From IMG/VR virus record IMGVR_UViG_3300025751_000013, positions 32,001 to 96,000 of that record: DNA of 64,000 nt. One strand, written 5' to 3'. The position numbers and the translations under genes were made by a program. Position 1 is the stretch's first letter. Every line of letters begins with the position of its first letter. Positions 60,139 through 64,000 of the stretch are shown here, piece after piece. The notes under the pieces were generated by a model. The model made no database searches. It had not been told where the DNA came from and was given only the letters and a program-made list of their open reading frames with translations. Origin of the DNA: a virus (taxonomy: Duplodnaviria > Caudoviricetes).

Positions 60139-60579
60139 ATGGCTAGGTATGCACAAGGTAAGTATACGATTAAAAATCCTGAAAAGTATGCTGGTAACAA
60201 AGCTCCCACATATCGAAGTGGATGGGAATTTCACTTTATGAAATTTTGTGATGAGCATCCTTCTATTACACAATGGGCAAGTGAAGCAATACGTATTCCT
60301 TACAGAAATCCATTAACTGGCAAACACACCATTTATGTTCCAGATTTTTTTATAGCATATAATGATGCAAAAGGCAGAAGCCATGCCGAACTTATTGAAG
60401 TAAAACCTAGTAATCAAGCTGTAAAAGAAAATCTAGGAAAGTCAAAACATAATCAAGTTCATTATGTTATTAATCAAGCAAAGTGGGAAGCAGCACGAAC
60501 TTGGTCAAAACAAAATAAAATTACATTCCGTATCATAACTGAAAAAGATTTATACCACCAAGGCCGCACACGTAAATAG
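60139..60579 (+). CDS. gp4: Head completion nuclease, T4 gp4-like (TnsA-type PD-(D/E)xK)
   Basis: KNPEKY, YRSGWE, WASE..IPY, YVPDF, IEVKP, NQAKWEAA, ITEKDL motifs. Confidence 0.9.
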   Translation: MARYAQGKYTIKNPEKYAGNKAPTYRSGWEFHFMKFCDEHPSITQWASEAIRIPYRNPLTGKHTIYVPDFFIAYNDAKGRSHAELIEVKPSNQAVKENLGKSKHNQVHYVINQAKWEAARTWSKQNKITFRIITEKDLYHQGRTRK

Positions 60580-60580
60580 G

Positions 60581-60587
60581 CTAAATA
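60581..60587 (+). promoter_or_regulatory. Late promoter (CTAAATA)
   Basis: Immediately after the gp4 stop and followed by a hairpin (60589-60612). Confidence 0.5.
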
Positions 60588-60627
60588 CTTATGGAGAGGG
60601 CAAACTCCATAAATTGAGGGTAAGATT

Positions 60628-61113
60628 ATGATAGATCCAATTACAGCGATCACCGCCGCTACGGCTGCATTTAATGGTGTGAAAAAACTAGTTCATGCTG
60701 GTAGAGAAATTGAAGACGTTATGGGGCAACTGGGTAAGTGGTACGGTGCTGCTGCTGATTTAAACAGAGCAGAAGCACAACGTAAAAACCCTCCAATCTT
60801 TACAAAATTATTTAATAGCGGCTCTGTAGAAGAAGAAGCATTAGCCATTATCGTACAGAAGAAAAAACTGGCAGAACAAGAACAACAACTCCAAGACATG
60901 CTGAACATAAGATTTGGTTATGGTACTTGGAAAGAAATGATCGAATTGCGTAGAAAAATACGTAAGGAACGCGAAGAAACTTTGTACAAGCAGCAAGAAC
61001 GTAAGGCAGCATTTATGGAAGGTTTCCTTGTTATAATCCTACTTGTAGGCTTAGCTGGGTTGATAGGACTTTCTGTATGGCTAACAGGACTTGGTGCCGG
61101 CTGGTGGGGCTAA
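60628..61113 (+). CDS. Coiled-coil protein with C-terminal transmembrane helix
   Basis: MIDPITAI..start, charged helical middle, hydrophobic FLVIILLVGLAGLIGLSVWL end. Confidence 0.65.
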   Translation: MIDPITAITAATAAFNGVKKLVHAGREIEDVMGQLGKWYGAAADLNRAEAQRKNPPIFTKLFNSGSVEEEALAIIVQKKKLAEQEQQLQDMLNIRFGYGTWKEMIELRRKIRKEREETLYKQQERKAAFMEGFLVIILLVGLAGLIGLSVWLTGLGAGWWG

Positions 61114-61683
61114 ATGGCAACACTTGTAGATAATAAATTACTCTTTATTCATATTCAAAAAAACGCTGGCACTAGTATATCTTTTTGGTTACATAAGTAT
61201 GCAGATGGCAGAAAAGTCGGCGGAAAGCATATACACTTAAATCGCTTACTAAGAGAACAGCGTTTTAATTTTTCTCGAGATATGTATAATTTTAGTTTTG
61301 CAGTTGTAAGAAATCCATTTTCTAAAACTGTAAGTGCATATAAGTATCTAAAAAAAAAAACTTATAAAAGAAATTGTAAAGCAAATATTACAATGCCGTT
61401 TCCTAGTTTTGAAGAGTGGATTACTACTATCGACGAAACTGGACATAAATGGGTATGGATGTCTCAAAAAAAATATCTCGAACAATGTAATTTAGTATTG
61501 AGATTTGAAAATCTCAACGAAGAGTTTAAACAAATTCAAGAGTATCTAAATTGTTATATACCATTAAGTAATGAAAATACATCCGGTACTACTACATATC
61601 AATCTTGGTATAATAAAAAAACTAAAAACATAGTATCAAATAGATTAAAAGAAGATATTAAATTTTACGGCTACGAATTTTAA
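61114..61683 (+). CDS. Sulfotransferase (Sulfotransfer_2-like)
   Basis: 5'-PSB motif FIHIQKNAGTS, 3'-PB motif VRNPFSKTVSAY, plus RFENL and D..FYGYEF. Confidence 0.85.
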   Translation: MATLVDNKLLFIHIQKNAGTSISFWLHKYADGRKVGGKHIHLNRLLREQRFNFSRDMYNFSFAVVRNPFSKTVSAYKYLKKKTYKRNCKANITMPFPSFEEWITTIDETGHKWVWMSQKKYLEQCNLVLRFENLNEEFKQIQEYLNCYIPLSNENTSGTTTYQSWYNKKTKNIVSNRLKEDIKFYGYEF

Positions 61684-61690
61684 CTAAATA
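61684..61690 (+). promoter_or_regulatory. Late promoter (CTAAATA)
   Basis: Upstream of the gp16-like gene. Confidence 0.55.
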
Positions 61691-61715
61691 CTTCAAATAA
61701 TATAGGTGTAATACT

Positions 61716-62219
61716 ATGACTAAAAAACTTGAAGACTTGCTTAATTTACCTGATTCGAGGGAAATTATTAAAAATGCTGAGAAGCAAGAAAAACAGCAAG
61801 CAAAATACGAAATCAAAGAACAAAATAAAACAATTCGTGATATAGAAGAGTTTGATAAAATAACTTCAGCACTACCTGCAGTTAAAGGCTTAGGAGATAT
61901 GGCTGATAAAGAACTTAACGAAGTTGCACAAAAAGCCATGGATGCATATGACGATTTAATGGACTTAGGTATGAATGTTGAGTCGCGTTATGCAAGCAGA
62001 GTATTTGAAGTTGCTGGCGGCATGCTTAAGACTTCTCTAGATGCTAAAACAGCAAAACTAGATAAAAAACTTAAAATGATAGAACTACAACTTAAAAAAG
62101 AAAAGCAAGATAGAGATTCAAATCCAAATAACAACGATATTGTTAATGGCGACGGATATGTTGTAACAGACCGTAATAGTTTATTAGCACAGCTAAAAGG
62201 CATGAATAAAGATAAATAG
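61716..62219 (+). CDS. gp16: Terminase small subunit, gp16-like
   Basis: SRVFEVAGGMLKT..KL resembles the gp16 PRxxEVAxxLxK helix; lies near gp17. Confidence 0.65.
   Translation: MTKKLEDLLNLPDSREIIKNAEKQEKQQAKYEIKEQNKTIRDIEEFDKITSALPAVKGLGDMADKELNEVAQKAMDAYDDLMDLGMNVESRYASRVFEVAGGMLKTSLDAKTAKLDKKLKMIELQLKKEKQDRDSNPNNNDIVNGDGYVVTDRNSLLAQLKGMNKDK
62212..62218 (+). promoter_or_regulatory. Late promoter overlapping the gp16 stop
   Basis: GATAAATA followed by an AAGGA RBS. Confidence 0.6.
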
Positions 62220-62235
62220 TATATAAGGAATTACA

Positions 62236-62745
62236 ATGAGATCATTTACTGAAATACTAACAGAGTCTAAAAAGACTTATGAATTTAAAATGGGCGTTGC
62301 TGGCGAATTACCGAAAGAATTTGAAGATACTTTAGAAACTTCTCTAAAGAAATTTGACATCCAAAGTATCGGCGCAGGAAAAAAGACACCGATACAAGAA
62401 CGTCCATTAGATTTTCCACAACTTCAAAATATGGAAGTTACTTACTACGATATTGAACTTGGCTATCCTACTACTCCGCAAGTAATGCAAGAGTATGTTG
62501 GACGTTGCTGCGGCATAGATCAAGCATATGTTATAGTAAGAGGGGCTAATGATCCTAGAGAAGATTACCAAGAAAAAGCTGACGAAGGTCCATATGAAAC
62601 TTTGTTAACAACTGAAGAATTAAAATCAGAAAGTGCGCAAGAATCAGCAGGCGAAAGTCGTGTAATGGAATTATTAAAAGAGCTTGAAACAGCAAGAAAA
62701 GAGCGTGAGCACGATCCTGCCGCGGCAGCACCAACGGAGAAATAA
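62236..62745 (+). CDS. Putative internal head protein
   Basis: N-terminus MRSFTEILTE resembles the T4 capsid-targeting sequence MKTYQEFIAE; acidic. Confidence 0.5.
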   Translation: MRSFTEILTESKKTYEFKMGVAGELPKEFEDTLETSLKKFDIQSIGAGKKTPIQERPLDFPQLQNMEVTYYDIELGYPTTPQVMQEYVGRCCGIDQAYVIVRGANDPREDYQEKADEGPYETLLTTEELKSESAQESAGESRVMELLKELETARKEREHDPAAAAPTEK

Positions 62746-62746
62746 A

Positions 62747-63487
62747 ATGAATATGAAAAAATTATTAGAGTCAATGGACAACATCGAAGAGTGTGGCATG
62801 AATGCTAGTGCTGATCCAATGATGGCGCCAAAGCCAGCAGACGAAGGTATGCCAGTATCTATGAACATTAGTTTAAATGCTAGTGGTGAAAAAAATGTAT
62901 CAGACTTAATTAACATGATGAAAAATGCAGGCTTGGGAGGCGCTGCTCAAGTTACTCCGGATATGATGCCACCGCGTCAAGATATGGAACGACTACGTGA
63001 TATTGTAGACGAGCCAGCAGATGGATTAGCACCTGATGCAGATCAACTGCCAACAGAGCCGGAAATGGAACCTTCATTAGGTAAAGAAGAGATTGCTACA
63101 GACGACGAAGCTGATGTTGAAGGATATGCTAACGAACCAGAACCAGCATACGGTGACATGTCAGATGTGATACCAGACGGTAATGATTTAAACCGTAAGA
63201 AGAAATCACACCCACCAGTAGCAGGTGGTGATAATCCTATGGCACTTGCTGACGAAGATGAAACTACATATGCTATTAGAGGTAAAAGTCCTGAAGCACA
63301 AGAAGAATTATCACGTAAAGCAAATGCAAGTAATACAATGGAATCAAATATTAAATCAAAGTTAATGGCTGCACTATCTGAAAAGAAAAAACAACCAGAT
63401 TTAAATGACGACGGCAAGAATGACTTCAAGGATGTTCAGATTGCACGTAAGAACGCAGCAGCAAAAGCAGCAGCTAAAAGGAAATAA
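62747..63487 (+). CDS. Acidic low-complexity putative prohead core/internal protein with EF-hand-like loop
   Basis: ATG 62747 has a GGAG RBS. MKKLLE start, D/E/P/M-rich, DLNDDGKNDFKD near the C-terminus. Confidence 0.55.
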   Translation: MNMKKLLESMDNIEECGMNASADPMMAPKPADEGMPVSMNISLNASGEKNVSDLINMMKNAGLGGAAQVTPDMMPPRQDMERLRDIVDEPADGLAPDADQLPTEPEMEPSLGKEEIATDDEADVEGYANEPEPAYGDMSDVIPDGNDLNRKKKSHPPVAGGDNPMALADEDETTYAIRGKSPEAQEELSRKANASNTMESNIKSKLMAALSEKKKQPDLNDDGKNDFKDVQIARKNAAAKAAAKRK

Positions 63488-63516
63488 GAACGTTCTACCG
63501 ACAGAGCGAACAGCCC

Positions 63517-63544
63517 AAATAGCACCTTAGGGTGCTATTTTTTT
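63517..63544 (+). terminator. Intrinsic terminator
   Basis: AAATAGCACC-TTAG-GGTGCTATTT followed by TTTT. Confidence 0.85.
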
Positions 63545-63546
63545 GA

Positions 63547-63553
63547 CTAAATA
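63547..63553 (+). promoter_or_regulatory. Late promoter, leaderless geometry
   Basis: CTAAATA-ttact-ATG of terminase. Confidence 0.65.
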
Positions 63554-63558
63554 TTACT

Positions 63559-64000
63559 ATGGCAGCATCATTAGACGGCGTCTTAATTAAAAAGGCGAAT
63601 AAACAAGAAACATTTACTGAAGAGCAATTAGCAGATCTAATGGCATGTATGGATCCTGAAACAGGATACTTACATTTTGCAAAGAATTTTGCATATATTC
63701 AGCATCCAGTAAAAGGTAAGTTACTATACAACCCTTTTAAATATCAACTCGGACTAATGGATAGTTACCATAATTTTAGATTTAACATAAACATGATGCC
63801 TAGGCAGACAGGTAAAACTACATGTGCTAGTATATACCTTACATGGTATGCAATGTTTGTACCTGATCAAACTATACTTATTGCTGCACACAAGTATACA
63901 GGTGCTCAAGAGATTATGTCTCGTATACGCTTTGTTTACGAGAGTTGTCCTGATCATATTAGAGCAGGTGTAACATCATATAACAAAGGTAGTATTGAAT
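63559..64000 (+). CDS. gp17: Terminase large subunit (3'-truncated; not in ORF track)
   Basis: Own translation MAASLDGVLIKKAN...PFKYQ...MMPRQTGKTT...ILIAAHK...NKGSIE shows the adenine-binding YQ and a T4-type Walker A (RQxGKT). Confidence 0.95.
   Translation, partial: MAASLDGVLIKKANKQETFTEEQLADLMACMDPETGYLHFAKNFAYIQHPVKGKLLYNPFKYQLGLMDSYHNFRFNINMMPRQTGKTTCASIYLTWYAMFVPDQTILIAAHKYTGAQEIMSRIRFVYESCPDHIRAGVTSYNKGSIE

Noticed and set aside
60589-60620. GGGCAAAC resembling a c-di-GMP-I riboswitch
   Set aside because: The rest of the aptamer (GNRA loop, second stem) is missing and the region is too short.
63754-63957. Minus-strand 67-aa ORF
   Set aside because: Antisense to the clearly recognisable gp17.
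1-64000. Stop-codon reassignment
   Set aside because: Conserved genes and both giant ORFs are intact in the standard code, and TAG ends gp4 and gp16 at plausible positions.
1-64000. Assignment as a cyanophage because of phycobiliprotein-like repeats; tRNA or CRISPR elements
   Set aside because: No host-diagnostic genes lie in this window, so the host is undetermined. No tRNA or repeat-spacer array was seen in the short intergenic gaps.

Overview
AT-rich 64-kb segment of a large T4-like (contractile-tailed) phage genome, covering the virion morphogenesis region. From 1 to 49.9 kb lies a cluster of fibre/appendage genes with two giant ORFs (4,958 aa and 9,511 aa), small paralogous adaptor-like genes and a fibre with an autocleaving chaperone-like C-terminus. 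From 49.9 to 64 kb are a Nudix hydrolase, inverted gp15/gp14, gp13, a DUF3310-like gene, an HNH-like gene, gp18 sheath, gp19 tube, a gp54-like gene, gp4, a membrane protein, a sulfotransferase, gp16-like small terminase, two putative internal head proteins and the 5' part of gp17 large terminase (absent from the ORF track). Most transcription units carry a T4-late-like (A/C)TAAATA box, and five appear leaderless. The main observation is that the 4,958-aa protein holds 22 tandem helical domains. Their motif is colinear with the bilin-binding Cys84 region and flanking helices of phycobiliproteins (e.g. KCKRDVGYILDAVYYDMTYGG vs phycocyanin-alpha [21 protein letters not shown]), which suggests a bilin-binding virion appendage. 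All homology calls come from motif recognition by eye; no searches were run.
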